Below, one piece after another: positions 12,301 through 26,264 of a DNA stretch of 64,000 nucleotides. Source of the stretch: Vicugna vicugna (Eukaryota); NCBI GenBank assembly GCA_013265495.1, contig MU058844.1:12422184-12486183 (forward strand), given 5' to 3'. The notes beneath the pieces were generated by a model. That model worked only from the letters and a program-made list of their open reading frames with translations. It had not been told where the DNA came from and ran no database searches. Position numbers and translations under genes: made by a program. Each line of letters starts with the position of its first letter. Within the stretch, counting starts at the first letter, position 1.

Positions 12301-15019
12301 TCACATCCATCCGTCTCCTATTTCCTTGAAAAAGAGATGACCATAACACACACAAGCCTCCAAATACGTAGATGTCAGTTTAAGGATGTTGCGCCTGAAA
12401 AGCAAATCTGAAATGCCAAAGAAATGGAAACTTCTCCCAACACATAGGCAGTAGCAGCCACCACAGTCTTTACCCTGATGCAACCCATGCTATGAAACTT
12501 CTATTTATTTGAAAGAGGAGGGAGACAGAAGGGGGAGTAAGATGACCACAGCGCCAGTGAGTATCTAATCTGTCAGGGCGGGGGTGGAGGACACAATGCT
12601 TTTAAGGCATCAATAAATAAACAGTTCTAATACGAGACGAGGGGCACCCAGTGCTTTCCCTTTAGAACTCATGGGAAGTGGATTAGGTAAAGAGCTCTAT
12701 TAACATCCTGGAGGGAGAAAACCTGGGCTTGTCGGTGTCCTTTCATAAATCAAAGGATATCAAATTTACATGACTGTCTTGCTTATAACTTTTTAAAAAT
12801 TAGTTTCTTTCATGTTGTGCAGCGAAAGAAAATACCTATTAGTAGCTACAGTCACTTTGATGTTCTAATAATTCTCAGAGAGCATTTTTAAGTGAAATAT
12901 AGAAGCCCATTATTGTATCACATAGGATTCAAACTCTTGGGCATTTGGGCAGGGGTGAGGGGATCCAAGTAGCTGGATTTTTCTGTAAAGATTATTTTGT
13001 ATTGTATATTATCACACATCTTAAAGAGTTTTAACTCTGAGCTCTGAATATTGCACAGTCTGGGTAGCAGCCAGATTGATACAATAAGTCCTAATGTCTC
13101 TAAATTAAAAAGTCAGTAGCTATTTGCCAGCTAAATTTTCAATCTGCTACATCAGTTTTTGCATAGAAACTATACCTTCTAGAATTCTACATTTTATAAC
13201 TCACTTCCTCATAATAAATAATGTGTATTTAGTGCAATATCAAGCTCTGCCCTTTTTGCTTTTTTACATTTATGTAACTTTCTAAGTGCATAATTTTCTA
13301 TAAAGCTAAAAAAGGACTGTTGCAATGGTTATTTCCATCAGCTTAAATGTGCATTATAAAAAAATGATATAAAAAAAAAGTTGCTGGCTTCCTTTTCACC
13401 AAAACAATCCACTTCTAATTGGAACAGCCAAGCTGCTCGAATATTGTTATCTTATACATTTGATTTACAATCGATGTTTTCCCCATCATTATCATCTAAT
13501 TTTAAAAACTATAAGCATCTATCAAATACATGGTTCAAAGTAAAAGCAATAATTTAAAACAGACTCACTTAAAGTAAATATTCCTGGAAATTAAAAAATA
13601 AATGCTCATTGACATTTTCTGCCATCAAAGTGCAGCACCTCAAAAGAGAAATCTGAACCATCAATGTAGCACAGTTTACAAAAGAAATGAGACATAAAAG
13701 TTTTGATTGTATTTAAATAAACTTTTTCTGATCCACCATCTCTTGCCTGCTCAACCTCTGTTTCTCATACCACCACCACCACCCCGCCCACCGCTTTATC
13801 TCAATTTCCTTTTAGATTGGCAGTAAAATCTGACAGTGTTTTGTTGTACGGCTGATTGCATTGGTATCATGCTAAAAATAAGAGTAATGCATTAAAAAAA
13901 AATCCATACTCCAAGAATACTTTTGAAATTCCTCCTCATTTTTCTAATACTTTTATAGGGATTTTTATAATTAAATATTTCATCTATACTATTTAATATA
14001 CAATGAATGTGAACTAGACTTCTAATGAGCTTCCTTCCTTCCTTCCTTTTCGTCATTTCTTCCTTTCTTCTTTCTCTCTTTCCAAATGTAAGTCAATTAC
14101 TCCTACACCATGTATTAAGTAATAGATTCTTTCCCCTTTGATCCTAATAACACCTTTATCATATATTAAATTCTTGCATTCATAATAGTTCATGCTTTCA
14201 CAGTGCTTACAGCAAACCAGGCTTTGCTTTAATATTATACATATATTGCCCTTACAGAAACCCTATGCAGTATGAACCACTTTATCCTAATTTTACAGAT
14301 GAGCTATTTGAAATACAGAGAATTTACGACTTTGTCCAAGGTCACACACTACAATGCTCTCATCTGTACATATATTTTTATCCTAAACTCTACTCTGTCC
14401 CATTAACAATCCCTCAGCTGGGATCATACTTTCAATCACCGCAGCTTTACAGCACATTTTGACATCTCCTGGGGAACATGCCCCTTTGTTCTTTTACTGT
14501 TTTCTTGCTATTTTCAATCTTTAATGTAAATTTCATCATTCACTTGACACATTAAAAAATACGTATTTTCAACAGAATTGTATGAAACTGACAGATTCGG
14601 AGAGAATGTCTATCTTTATAACACTGAGTTATCCCATCCAGGAACATGCCAAGATTCCTCATTTACCTGGATCTTCCTTTTGTGCTCCTCAGCCAACGTT
14701 ATGGTTTTCTTCATATAAATTTCACACACTTCTTGCTAAATTTATCCACAGGCATTATATTTTTTCCTATTTTTTTCATTACATTTCCAGTCTCTCACAG
14801 GTTAAGATATCAATCAGAAAGCTCTGGATTTTTTTGCATATTTCCCACATTTACTGAATTCTGTTATTCCTTTCTAAAAAGATTTTCAGTGGATTTTGAG
14901 ACATTTAATTATATCTTCTGAAAAGAAAAATAATTGTGTCCAATTCTTTCCAATATTTGTAGTCCTTTGTTTTCCCATTTTATTGCTTTGATGAAAACCT
15001 CTAGAACAATATTAAATAA

Positions 15020-15490
15020 GGTGTTAAGACAGAAAGTATTGGTTACCCCCCAGTATCTATTCTTTTCTTCACCCATGGGAAACTCCAGTTTTCAGATGAG
15101 CACACAGCTATTCAGAATAAAGGCTACAGTTTCCAGCATCCCTTGCAACAAGGTGAGGCCATGTGGCCAATTACTGGACAATGTTAGCAGAGTATAACGT
15201 GGCAACGTCCATGAGCATTTTTTAAAAATAGCAGACACCACAGTAGTCTCCTTTCTTCTTTATTCGTTGTCCTTTTCTCCATCCTTCTGCCTTAAATACA
15301 GATATGATATCTGGAACTGGAGTTGTCATCTTAAAATGAGAACAAAGACCACACCAGGAGTAACAGAATGAGTCTTGGTACCTGAAGAGGCCATGGAATA
15401 GGCCCTCTTTACCACCCTTAATTGCCTTTCTCCAGTTTTCTTGAAAGAAGGGAGAGAAATAAAAATCAAACCTAATCCTAACAGAGACAG
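15020..15490 (+). mobile_element. MLT1-type (ERVL-MaLR) solo LTR
   Basis: ctacagtttccagcatcccttgcaacaaggtgaggccatgtggcc...gagagaaataaaa...aaacctaatcctaacagagaca are characteristic of old MLT1 LTRs. Confidence 0.65.
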
Positions 15491-15668
15491 TTGGGACAGT
15501 GACAATCACCCTTTTTCCTGAACATAATGGGAATACCACTTGGTATGATACTGGTCATTGGCTTCTTATATATACTGTTTCTCAACTTAGGAGCTCCCTT
15601 CTAACTCTAATTTATAAGAAATTTTAAATCAGAAATGACTGTTAATTTTATCAAATGATTCTTTGGAT

Positions 15669-15873
15669 CAGCACTGTCCAATAGAACTTCCCACAACGAT
15701 GGAAATGTTCATATCTGTGCTAACTCCATAGCCACGAGCCACATGTGGGTACTGGGCACTTGAAATATGGCTAGTGGGAATAAGGAACCAAAAATATTAA
15801 TAATTTAACTTCAATTATTCAAATTCCCATTAGAATAGCTGCATGTGGCTAAGGTCTGCCATGTTGGGCAGAG
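15669..15873. mobile_element. MER3-like hAT-Charlie non-autonomous DNA transposon
   Basis: cagcactgtccaatagaactt...gatggaaatgtt...agccacatgtgg...cacttgaaatatggctagtg...catgtggcta...ttgggcag. Confidence 0.8.
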
Positions 15874-16569
15874 GAGATCCAGATGATCATATAGACATTC
15901 TCTTTTAATCTAATAATATAAGATATTGAAATAACAGACACAGTATTGTTGAAACATCTTTCATTGCTGAAACAAGATCCATTTAATAACACTAAATTTG
16001 ACTTGCTAATATATTATTAATGTAGTAAGATGGAGAAAATTGCTTTCACCGGGATCCTTAGAGAAAGCACTATGTTTGTTCAGAAGAAATGCTTCACAAA
16101 TCTCTTGGGGTGGTATATAAGACGTAGAGGAAATGCGCAAATAATAAGGGTAGTGGAATTTGCTCTCCGTAATGAAGGAGTACAGAATTTTATGTCCTAA
16201 ACAGGAAAACTGACAGGGACAGAGTGGAGCCTGTGAGTCTGAGCACTGCATCTGCGAGAGAAGGAGAGACGTACAACGTAAGGGATACCACAGAAAAAGG
16301 AACTGGGAAGAAGAGAAATTTCAGAGATTTTTCTGCAAAATTCTAAATATCATGTGATACAATTCTTACTTTGGTCCCCTCAAATTTTCAGTGACGTCTA
16401 CAAAGATCACTAATGTTGTTGGGGTTGGGGGAGTGTTATATTTATTGGATGTGTTCACAGATACTCTGTTTCTTTGTCCTTCCAGATGTGTGGTGGGATT
16501 TAATTTTCTTAACTTCCTAAAATTGGCTGTGGTTTGCACTGACCAATAAATGTGAGTGGCAGTAATACA

Positions 16570-17990
16570 CATACATACCTCATCTTCTTTATCCATTCAT
16601 CTGTCTATGAACACTTAGGTTGCCTCCATGTCTTGGCTACATAAATAGAGCTGCTATGAACACTGGAGTGCATGTCTCTTTTCAAATTTTAGTTTCCTCT
16701 AGATATGTGTCCAGGAATGGGATTGCTCCATTATATGGTAAGCCTACTTTTAGTTTTTTAAGGAATCTCTATACTGTCCTCCATAGTGGCTGCACCAATT
16801 TACATTCTCAACAACATTCCTTTCCTCCACACCCTCTCCAGCATTTACTATTTGTATATTTTTTGATGATGGCCATTCTGACCAGGATGAGGTGATACCT
16901 CATTGTAGTGTTGATTTGCGTTTCTCTAATAATGAGCGATAGTGAGCATCTTTTCATGTGCTTGTTAGCCATCTGTGTATTTTCTATGGAGAAATGTCTC
17001 TTTAGCTCTTCTGCCCCTTTTTTGAATGGGTTCTCTGGTTTTTGATATTGAACTGTATGAGTTGTTTGTATATTTTGGAAGTTAATCAATCCCTTGTCGG
17101 TCTCATCATTTGCAAATATTTTCTCCCATTCTGTAGGTTGTCTTTTCATTTTATTTATGGTTTCCTTTGCCATGCAAAAGCTTTTAAGTTTAATTAGGTC
17201 TCATTTGTCTATTTTTGTTTTTATTTATGTTACTCTAGGAGTCAAATCCAAAAAAAAACATTGCTGCAATTTATGTCAAAGAGTGTTCTGCCTATGTTTT
17301 CCTCTAGGAGTTTTGCAGTATGTGGTCTTACATTTAGGTCTTTAATCTATTTTGAGTTTATTTTTGTATACGGTGTTAGAGAATGTTCTAATTTCATTCT
17401 TTTACATGTATCTATCCAGTTTTCCCAGCAACACTTATTGAAGAGACTATCTTTTCTCCATTGTACATTCTTACCTCCTTTGTCATAGATTACTTGACCA
17501 TAAGTGTGTGGGTTTATGTCTGGGCTTCTATCCTGTTCCATTGATCTATTTGTCTGTTTCTGTGCCAGTACCATACTGTTTTGAGTACTGTAGCTTTGTA
17601 GTATAGCCTGAAGTTAGGGATCATGACTCATTCAGCTCTGCTCTTCTTTCTCAAGATTGTTTTGGCTTTGCAGGGTCTTTTTTGTTTCCATACAAATTTT
17701 AAAGCATTTTGTTCCAGTTCTGTGAAAAATACTGCTGGTAATTGGATAGAGATTACACTGATTTGTTGATTGCCTTTGGTAGTATGGTCATTTTAACAAT
17801 ATTTATTCTTCCAATCCAAGAACATGGTATATTGTTCCATATGTTTGTATCATCTTTCATTTCTTTCATCAGTGTCTTAAGAGTTTTTGAAGTACAGGTC
17901 TTTTGCCTCCTTAGGTAGGTTTATTCCTAAGTATTTATTCTTTTTGATGTGATAGTAAATGGGATTTTTCCTTAATTTCTCTTTCTTCTT
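16570..17990 (-). mobile_element. L1 fragment, ORF2 C-terminal region
   Basis: Minus-strand ORFs give L1 ORF2 peptides ([54 protein letters not shown]) broken by frameshifts. Confidence 0.92.
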
Positions 17991-18367
17991 TTTCATTGCA
18001 GATGAGATGTAATTCATATAGGAGGGAATAGTTGTGACCACCCCCAGTTATAGGCTTACATCACCCCCATTTAGCAACCAAGAAGAACAGAACCTTTCCC
18101 ACAGATGTGAATACAAAATTACAGGAGAGCACTCTGATGAACTCTACTTGGGTCACATGCCCCACCATGGATCATTATATGCAAGAATATATTACATATG
18201 GTTTAACAGGATTGGTTTACCTGTGACCAGGAATCACTGTAATATCGCACTATCATAATTATCATATAACTGACGTGGGGGAGGAGCCACCTCCAAAGGA
18301 GGGAGTGGTACTAACTGATAAAAGAAAAATGAGAGAGAAAGATAGAGGGACAAACATAATTATTAGG

Positions 18368-18397
18368 CAAAACAAACAAACAAACAAACAAACAAAA
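18368..18397. repeat. (AAAC)n microsatellite
   Basis: caaaacaaacaaacaaacaaacaaacaaaac. Confidence 0.9.
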
Positions 18398-19399
18398 CAC
18401 AGTAGGTACTCACTCCCCTCCAAAATGGGCTCAGCTCTAGAGAGGAATTAATCTTTGGTGACCTTTTTCAATTCCTTCCATGGTCATTGGTCCATTTGGG
18501 TTTTCCTAACTCCACTTGAGTCAATTTTGATAATTTATATTTTTATTAGAAAAATCACTTATTTTATCAGATTTTCAAATGTGTTTGCAAAAATTGAACA
18601 GGTTTTTCCACGTAATGTCCATCAGCAGGAAAGCCAATGGCACAATGCTAAAGGCAATGTCATAAAAGCAATCCTCTGGGGAACTAAATCAAAAGTATTT
18701 CAGGCTGCAGCTCTCTCTTTGGTTAATCCAAGGGCAAAATTGAGTGTGTCCAGAGAATGGATGGACTGCATATCCTTCAGGGAATTCTCCAAATACATTA
18801 CCTTTCACAATGGGGCTTTTGCTAGGTACTGGGCAGCAGAGATTTCTAGGTTATAACCTCTGACAAGACCTGGGAGTACAAATAATTTTACAACGTTCAA
18901 TTGCATGTTTCATTGGTCAGTAAAAATGAATAGAGCTGGCACTCTCCTGAGAAAGTTGAGACATCTAAACAGAACACACGTCTGAAGAGAAGACACTTCT
19001 GGACCACATAAAGGTAGGTCCACGGAATAAGTGCTCATGGAAAGGGCCAGGCTTTTCTCAGAGCAACTGAGCAGCTGAACAAAACATAAGACAGGACGAC
19101 AGAAGCATTCTGTGAAAGCTCAGGAAAAGCCAGTGTGCTGCTGGCAGAGGGTGTGGGTACAGCAGGTGAAATGGAAAGCATCAGATGGGTTTCATCGTGG
19201 GGGTGGTAGTGGAGGTGGGCACGGTAGGATGGGAGGGGCTTCAAAGGGCAGAAGGTAAGCAGAGGGGCAAGAGAGAACTTCATGAATAAGCATGTCGCGT
19301 GAAACACACTGCTTTTCAGTTCAGGAAATGGATGAAGGGATAGAACAAAGGTTGGATGAAGAGATGAACCAAACTATTGCCCAGCAACTGTGATGTAAG

Positions 19400-19600
19400 G
19401 AGGTCCAAGCCAAACACTGGATGATGTGGAAAGCGGCCCTGAGAGCCAGAGGGCCTTGCATGTCCCAGTGGAATTCAGCCACAAGTGACCCTAGACATAA
19501 TCACAGGAAGCAGAGAAAAAGTACATCTGAGCCCAGCCTGAACTCAAATCAACACTGAGAAATAATAAACTGTTGTGGTTTGAAGCCATTACATTAGGGC
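19400..19600 (+). mobile_element. MLT1-type LTR 3' fragment
   Basis: cagccacaagtgaccc...gcccagcctgaact...gagaaataataaactgttgtggtttgaagccatt. Confidence 0.5.
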
Positions 19601-20067
19601 GTGGCTGGTCCTATTAGGTCAAGTCTGGAACTGCTTGCCCCGTCTTGTGCTGTCCTTAATGTGAGCAGTGGAGCGGTCAGCATTCTGAATCTAAACCATC
19701 CTTCACAAAGGGCCATGAATTTATTCTTCTCTGAGAAGCAGGAGTCCAGAGGTCCGTGGGAATTGAAGGAAAAAGTCAATCCAACACCAGTGTTGTTACT
19801 TATACTGTGCCTATTAACATTCACCTTGTGTGTGCTTTCTTTTGTCCCACACGATACAAAGCTTCCTTTTATTATGATTTCAACAGTGCTTTGCATTACT
19901 GTCTAGATGTTCTAAATCCAAGGTTCTACATTTTTCCCATTAAGATGTACAAGATGACTGACACTTACATGAATGACACATTCACAAGGGGTAATTTCAG
20001 GGGCTCTGAAAGGCCACCCCACTAGCTGTATAATCCTCTTGCCTCCATTCTTTAGCTTTTTTCTACT

Positions 20068-20498
20068 TCTTTTTTTTATTGAAGTATAGTCAGTTTACAA
20101 TGTTGTATTAATTTCTGGTGTACAACATGGTGATTCAGTTATACATATATAAAAAATGGATTCCTTTTCATATTCTTTTTCATTATAGGCTATTACAAGG
20201 TATTGAGTACAGTTCCCTGAGCTATACAGTAGGGCCTTGCTGTTTATCGATTTCATAGATAGTAGTTAATATCTGCAAATTCTGAACTCCCAATATATCC
20301 CTCCATCTTCCCTTTCTCCCCGATAACCACAAATTCGTTTTCTGTGTCTGTGGTTCTTTTTCTGTTTTGTAAATAAGTTCATTTGTCTCATTTTTTTTGG
20401 ATTACACATGTAAGTGCTGTCATATGATATCTGTCTTTCTCTGTCTGACTTACTTCACTTAGTATGACAATCTCCAGGTCCATCCTTGCTGGGGCAAA
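20068..20498 (-). mobile_element. L1 3' UTR fragment
   Basis: ttttttattgaagtatagtcagtttacaatgttgtattaatttctggtgtacaacatggtgattcag; same family as the element at 9308. Confidence 0.9.
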
Positions 20499-21679
20499 TC
20501 TCCTTTGGTTCTTTAGAGCAGCCAGTTCGAAGGTGTTGATTTTGTGAAATATTCATGAAATATTGGTGGAAATCTAAAAAGCAATTTGAAAATACCATGG
20601 GAAGTTTGTTGGAATAACTTGTACCTTGATTCAACTTTCCCTAACAATGGGAGAAAAAAATACTGATTCTTTGTTTACACAATTCCCCTCTAGTAAGCGG
20701 CCCTTCCTTCTCTTTCACTTTTAATAAGTCAGCCTTTGATAGTCACTTGCTCTCTCTAATACTCTCTCAAAAGGCAGAATCAATTGTTCCTTCAACTAGT
20801 TCTCACAGCCTTTTAAATGTACTTCTATAACTTCATTTTATTAAACTCCTTCTGTATGTGTCTCTCACTGTGAGGACAGGTCTAGTTATCACCTTGACTC
20901 TTCCAGGTCCAGTATCAGCGCACAGCAAATAGCAGACACTTGGTAATTCTTGGTAGAACTGAAATTAAATGTCAAAACTAAAAATGTGACCTCTTAAACA
21001 AATTGTGAAAAAACCTAAATGGAAGAAAATATTCTCATGATTTGTTTTGGCAAGACCTTTTTAGAAAGACATGATTTTGAAATAGTGGTGAATAAAAGAA
21101 AAAATCAGAACCAGAACAGCTCAAATAAACATGTAACAATTGTGATGAATTCTAAAAAATAATTAATAATGCAGTGATAGCTCAGTTGTTTTTTTAGCTT
21201 TTTGGTATCCTCTGTTCTTTCTAGAACTTTATATCTGGTTTATAATTTGACCTTAGAAACAATTACTATATTCCAAGTCAGTATATTATCTAAGACTACA
21301 TGGGGATCCTTCTATATCATTAACCTCAGGGCAAGGTCTTAAATAGCCAGAGAATGGAGAAAAGGGAAAACAAAAATGCTACCTTTCACTTATCTTTATG
21401 ACTACAGAGGGAACAGAGATAAATCAGAGACTGGAGAACACTATTATAAAATTCCAATTAGTATCAGAAGATAACTTGGGAGCTATTAAGTTCACTGAAA
21501 CAAGAACAGATGTCAATAAAAAGAGCAATCAGAGACATTTCTGGAATGGAGTAGCTCCACCAGTAATTTCAAAGCCTTCCTGACTGTCGCACACAAATCA
21601 GAAGCCACGTTTCCAGGAACGCACTCTGGAAGAGCAGAACAGCCCTGTTAAACTAAGCTGAGGAGACCTGACATTGATT

Positions 21680-24600
21680 TCACTTTATTGAAGTACAACT
21701 TACAAATGACAAACTGCATTTATTTTAAGTATGCTGTTCGAAGAGTTTTGACAATTTATAACTATCACAATTTGTAACCACCGCCATAATCCAGATACAG
21801 AATATTTGCTCACCCAAAAATGTTCACCGTGGCTCTTTGTGGTCACCCCATCTCACTCCCAGCCCTAGGGAACCACTTATCTGCCTTCTGTCCCAATGGG
21901 TTACATTTTGCATTTTGTAGAATTTCATGTAAACAGAATCACACAGAATGTACTCTTCTTTGACTTCTTTGCTGTGTGTAATAGTTTTGATATTCGTCCA
22001 TGTTGTTGGGTTCCTTTCTCTTTACCACTGAGCAATATTCCTCTGTTTCCCTATACCACAGTTTGTTTATTCCCTCACTTCTTGATGGACTTTTGCACTG
22101 TTTCCAGTTTGGTGCTACTATGAATAAAACTGCGATGAAGTTCATGAATAAGGCTTTGTGCTTACATACATTTTCATTTATCTTATGTAAATACTCATGC
22201 ATGGGAATGCTAGATAATATAACTGCTTGTTTAACATAAATTACAAAACTGTTTTCCTAAGTGTGTGTACCATTTTATATTCCTTCCAGCAATTTATGAG
22301 TTACAGATGCTCCATATCTTTGCCAACACTTGATGTTGTTACTTTTTTTCATTTTTTAGGCATTATAGGGAGTAAGTTGTGGTGTATCACTGCAGTTTTA
22401 CTTTGCATTATTCTGATGACTAATAATTCTGAGCATCTTTTTATGCGTTTATTGGCCATATGCATATCATTTTTTGCCAAGTATCTGTTCAAATCGTTTG
22501 CTCACTTACTACTGGGTTGTTTGTTTCCTAATTTTTCAGTTGTGAGAGTTCTTTATGTATTCTGGATGCCAAAAAAATAAAAATAAACAGAAAAAGGATA
22601 CAAGTAACTTTTTCATATGTAAGTATTGAGTATAATTTCTCCAAGTCTGTGGTATGCCTTCAGGCCTTTCATTTCCTTAATGGTTTCTTTCAAAGAACAA
22701 AAGGTTTTAAGTTTGATGAAGTCTAATTTATCCTTTTTAAAAATTTTACAGTTTGTGCTATCTAAAAAATTATTGCCTACCCCAAAGTTACATAGATTGT
22801 CCCTTATGGTTTCTTCTAAAGTTCTATAGCTTTGGCTTTTACATTTAGGTCTATGATTCATTTCAAGATAATCTTTGTGTAGAGGGTGAAATACATGCTG
22901 AGATTCATTTTACTCCATGTAGACATCAACTTACCCCGACACCCTTCGCTGAAAATATTACCACTAGAGCCACTGACTTACCGTGAAATCTTGTCAAAAC
23001 TCAGTGAATTTGTATTTTTTTCTGGACTGGACTCTATTCCATTTATCTGTATGTCTATTCTGATTCATAATCTTAACTCCTACAATTTTATGACATCTTA
23101 AATTTATATAGTGTAAATTTTCCAACTTGATTCTTACTTTTCAAATTGTGTTGTATATTCTAGATCTTTTGCATTTCTGTATAAATTTGCCAATACTACA
23201 ACAGGAAGGCTATAGGAATTTTGATTGGGATTATGTCGAATCAATAGAACAGCTGGGAGAGTTGTGAAATTTTAATAGCGCTGATTCTTCTAATCCATGA
23301 ACCTAATATATACCCCTCTTTGTGCAGATCTTCTTCAATTTCCCTCAGCAATATATGGTAATGTTCTATGTGCAGATATTGAAAATATTTTTAAACTTAT
23401 TTTTAGGTATTTTATTTTTATGCTATGTGAATAGTGTATGATTCTTTCACTTTGATTCTCCAGTTGTTTGTTGCTAGCATAAAAAATTCACTAGAGTTGT
23501 ATGTTGAACTTGTACATTGTCATTTGGCAAAATTCACTTAGTTTTAGTAGTTTTTTTGCTGATTCATTGAGTTTTTTTTACATATACTGTCTTATCTTCT
23601 ACAAATAGAAAGTTTTACTTCTTTCTTTCCCTATATGCTTGTTCATTGTTTTTCTTGCCTGTTGCAACAGCTATGATCTCCGGGAATATGTTGAATAAAA
23701 GTAGTGAAAGCACATACTCTTGCCTGTTCTCAGTCTTAGAGGGAAGGCATGCAGTTTTCCACTATTAAATACAATTATTAGTTGTGGGCTCTTTAGACTC
23801 CCTTTATTAGGTTGAAGAAATGTTCTATTTCTAATTTTCCAAAGATTTTTTAAATCATTAATTAATGTTGAATTTTTAAAAGTACTTTTATTGTACTTAT
23901 GGAGATAATAATCTGGAGTTTTTTTTCCCTTTTATTCATTTAATTAATTTGAATTACATCGATTGACTGTTGAATGCTAAGCCAAACTTGCATGTCTGGG
24001 ATAAATTTAATTTGGTCATGAGGTGTTATCCTATTTATATATTGCTGAATTTGATTTGCAAATACTTTGTTAAGAATTTTTCTGTCTGTATTCCTAAGGA
24101 ATAATGGTCTTATCTTTTAATACCTTTGTTATCAGGGAAATTCTGGCCTCATAAAATGACTTGGGAAGGGTTCCTTTCTCTTTTATTTTCTGCAAGCTTT
24201 TATGTATGATTCATATTATTCTTTCTAAAATTTTTGGTAGAAGTCACTAGTAAGTCCATCTGAGACTAGAGTTTTCTTTGTGGAAAGACTGTTAATTACA
24301 AATTCAAATTATTCAAAAGATATAATGCTATTCAGATTTTATGTATTTTTTGCATCCATTTTGATTACTTACGACTTTTATTTATGTCCATTTTCATTTA
24401 TCTCAATTTTAGCAATGTATTTCTGTCAGTTATGTCTATTTTATCCGACGTAAACATGTAAAAATTTCTGTAGCACATATACTTAAATGTGAAATTTGGG
24501 GCTTTATCGATCCTCTCCATTGTATCTTAATTTTCTGTTCTGCTAATCTCTGCTTTTATTTTTATATTTTGTCTTCTTTTTGTTTTGGCTTATTCCATTT

Positions 24601-25645
24601 TTTCCCTAACTGTACACTTTGCTTTTTGATTTTCAATCTACATTGCTTTTCTTTAGAAAAAGCATTTATTACTATAAATTTCCCTCTAAATACCTTTCCT
24701 GCCCATCGCTGAACTTTTAGTATTTTACATCATCATTGAGTTCTAAATACATTTTAGTGTTCATTAATATTCTTTTGACTTATATAGAAACATACTGTTA
24801 AATGTTCCAAAGTATGAGGTTTTGCATTTTTTTTTATATTTTTGCTATTTTGATTGTATACCATAATGCACTCTTGACAGGAAAGCTGAGCTATGTGATA
24901 TTTAAACTTCAAAATCTGTTGAGGCTTGTTTCATGGTCCAGCGCATAGTCAGGTTTGTTTGTTTATCTGTTTGTTTGTTTTAATGTTCCTTATATTCTCC
25001 AGTAGAATATACATCCTTTAATCATTGGTTCTAGAAACAGAGTTCAATACATATCTATTAACGCAAGGTTGTTAAATATATGATTCGTCTTCCATATATT
25101 CATTAAATATTTGATCTACCTGACCATCAGTAACTGAGAGTCCTGTGGAAATAGTCCATTCAAATATTGCATTTGTCCACTTCTCATACACTTTTTTTAA
25201 CCTTGTTTTTATTGAACTATGGTTGATTTACAGTGTATTACGTTCTGGTGTACAGTATATTGATTCATTTATAGACATATATATATATTCTTTTCCATCA
25301 TAGGTTATTGAATATAGTTTCCTGTGCTATACAGTAGGACCTTGCTGTTTATCTATTTTATATGTTGTAGCTTGTATCTGCTAATCCCAAATTCCTAATT
25401 TATCCCTCCCCACCTTTCCCCTTTGGTAACCATAAGTCTGTTTTCTATGTCTGTGAGTCTCTTTCTGTTTTGTAAATAAGTTCATTTGTGTCATATTTTT
25501 AGATTCCATATATAAGTGATATCATGTATTTGTCTTCCTCTGTCTGATTTATCTCACTTAGTATTATAATCTCTAGGCCCATTCATGTTGCTGCAAATGC
25601 ATCATTTCGTTCTTTTTTATGGCTGAGTAGTATTCCATTGTGTGT

Positions 25646-25690
<45 letters not shown>

Positions 25691-26260
25691 TACCACATCT
25701 TCCTTATCCAGTCATATGTCAATGGAGATTCTTCAAAAAACTAAAAATGGACTTACCAAATGATTCACTTCTCATATACTTTTAATAATTTTGTTCTATA
25801 TATTTTGAGGCTTCATAAATTATATATTGTATTTTATACATTTTATTCAGTTCTATAAATTTAGAATCTGTATAACTTCTTAGTGAAATAAACCTTTTAT
25901 CATTATGTTATGACTCCCTTATCCCTAACAAATTTTTGTCTGAAAGTCTACTTTAACTATTACTACAGAAAGCTGAACTTCTTTTGGCTAGTTTTTTCCT
26001 AGTATACCTTTTAAAATGATTTTCATTCTTTCCCTTCACCTTTCTTAGTCCTTGTGTTTCAGGTGTGCATCTTATAAACATGCAAATGGATTCTGCATTT
26101 TCATATCTAACCACCTCTGTCTTTCAGCTGGTAAGTCCAGCTGATTTACAGATATTGATACCTGGACTTGTTCCTGCCATCTTGTTTGTGCTTCTTCCCT
26201 TTATTGTACATTTTTAACGTTTCTTTACCCTTTCTTTGAGCAACCTATTGGTTTGCTGTC
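21680..26260 (-). mobile_element. Long ancient L1M element (3' UTR and ORF2 remnants) carrying nested insertions
   Basis: L1 3'-end signature at ~21685; ORF2 remnant DKLDFIKLKTFCSLKETIKEMK; continuous T-rich antisense L1-like sequence. Confidence 0.8.
25196..25765 (-). mobile_element. Younger L1 3' end with 5' inversion and 18-bp TSD; contains (TG)n
   Basis: TSD CACTTCTCATA(C/T)ACTTTT at 25178-25195 and 25766-25783; sense-oriented L1 piece at ~25722-25765; (TG)n at ~25639-25691. Confidence 0.85.
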
Positions 26261-26264
26261 ATCT

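Larger units (their letters stand above)
13900..16010 (-). mobile_element. Fragmented ancient L1M interrupted by MIR, MLT1 and MER3
   Basis: T-rich antisense L1-like pieces (e.g. ttatcccatccaggaacatg, ctctagaacaatattaaataag, taaatcagaaatgactgttaattttatcaaatg). Confidence 0.5.

Noticed and set aside
9928..17574. ORFs resembling reverse transcriptase-associated proteins
   Set aside because: Frameshifted L1 ORF2 remnants, not host genes or active elements
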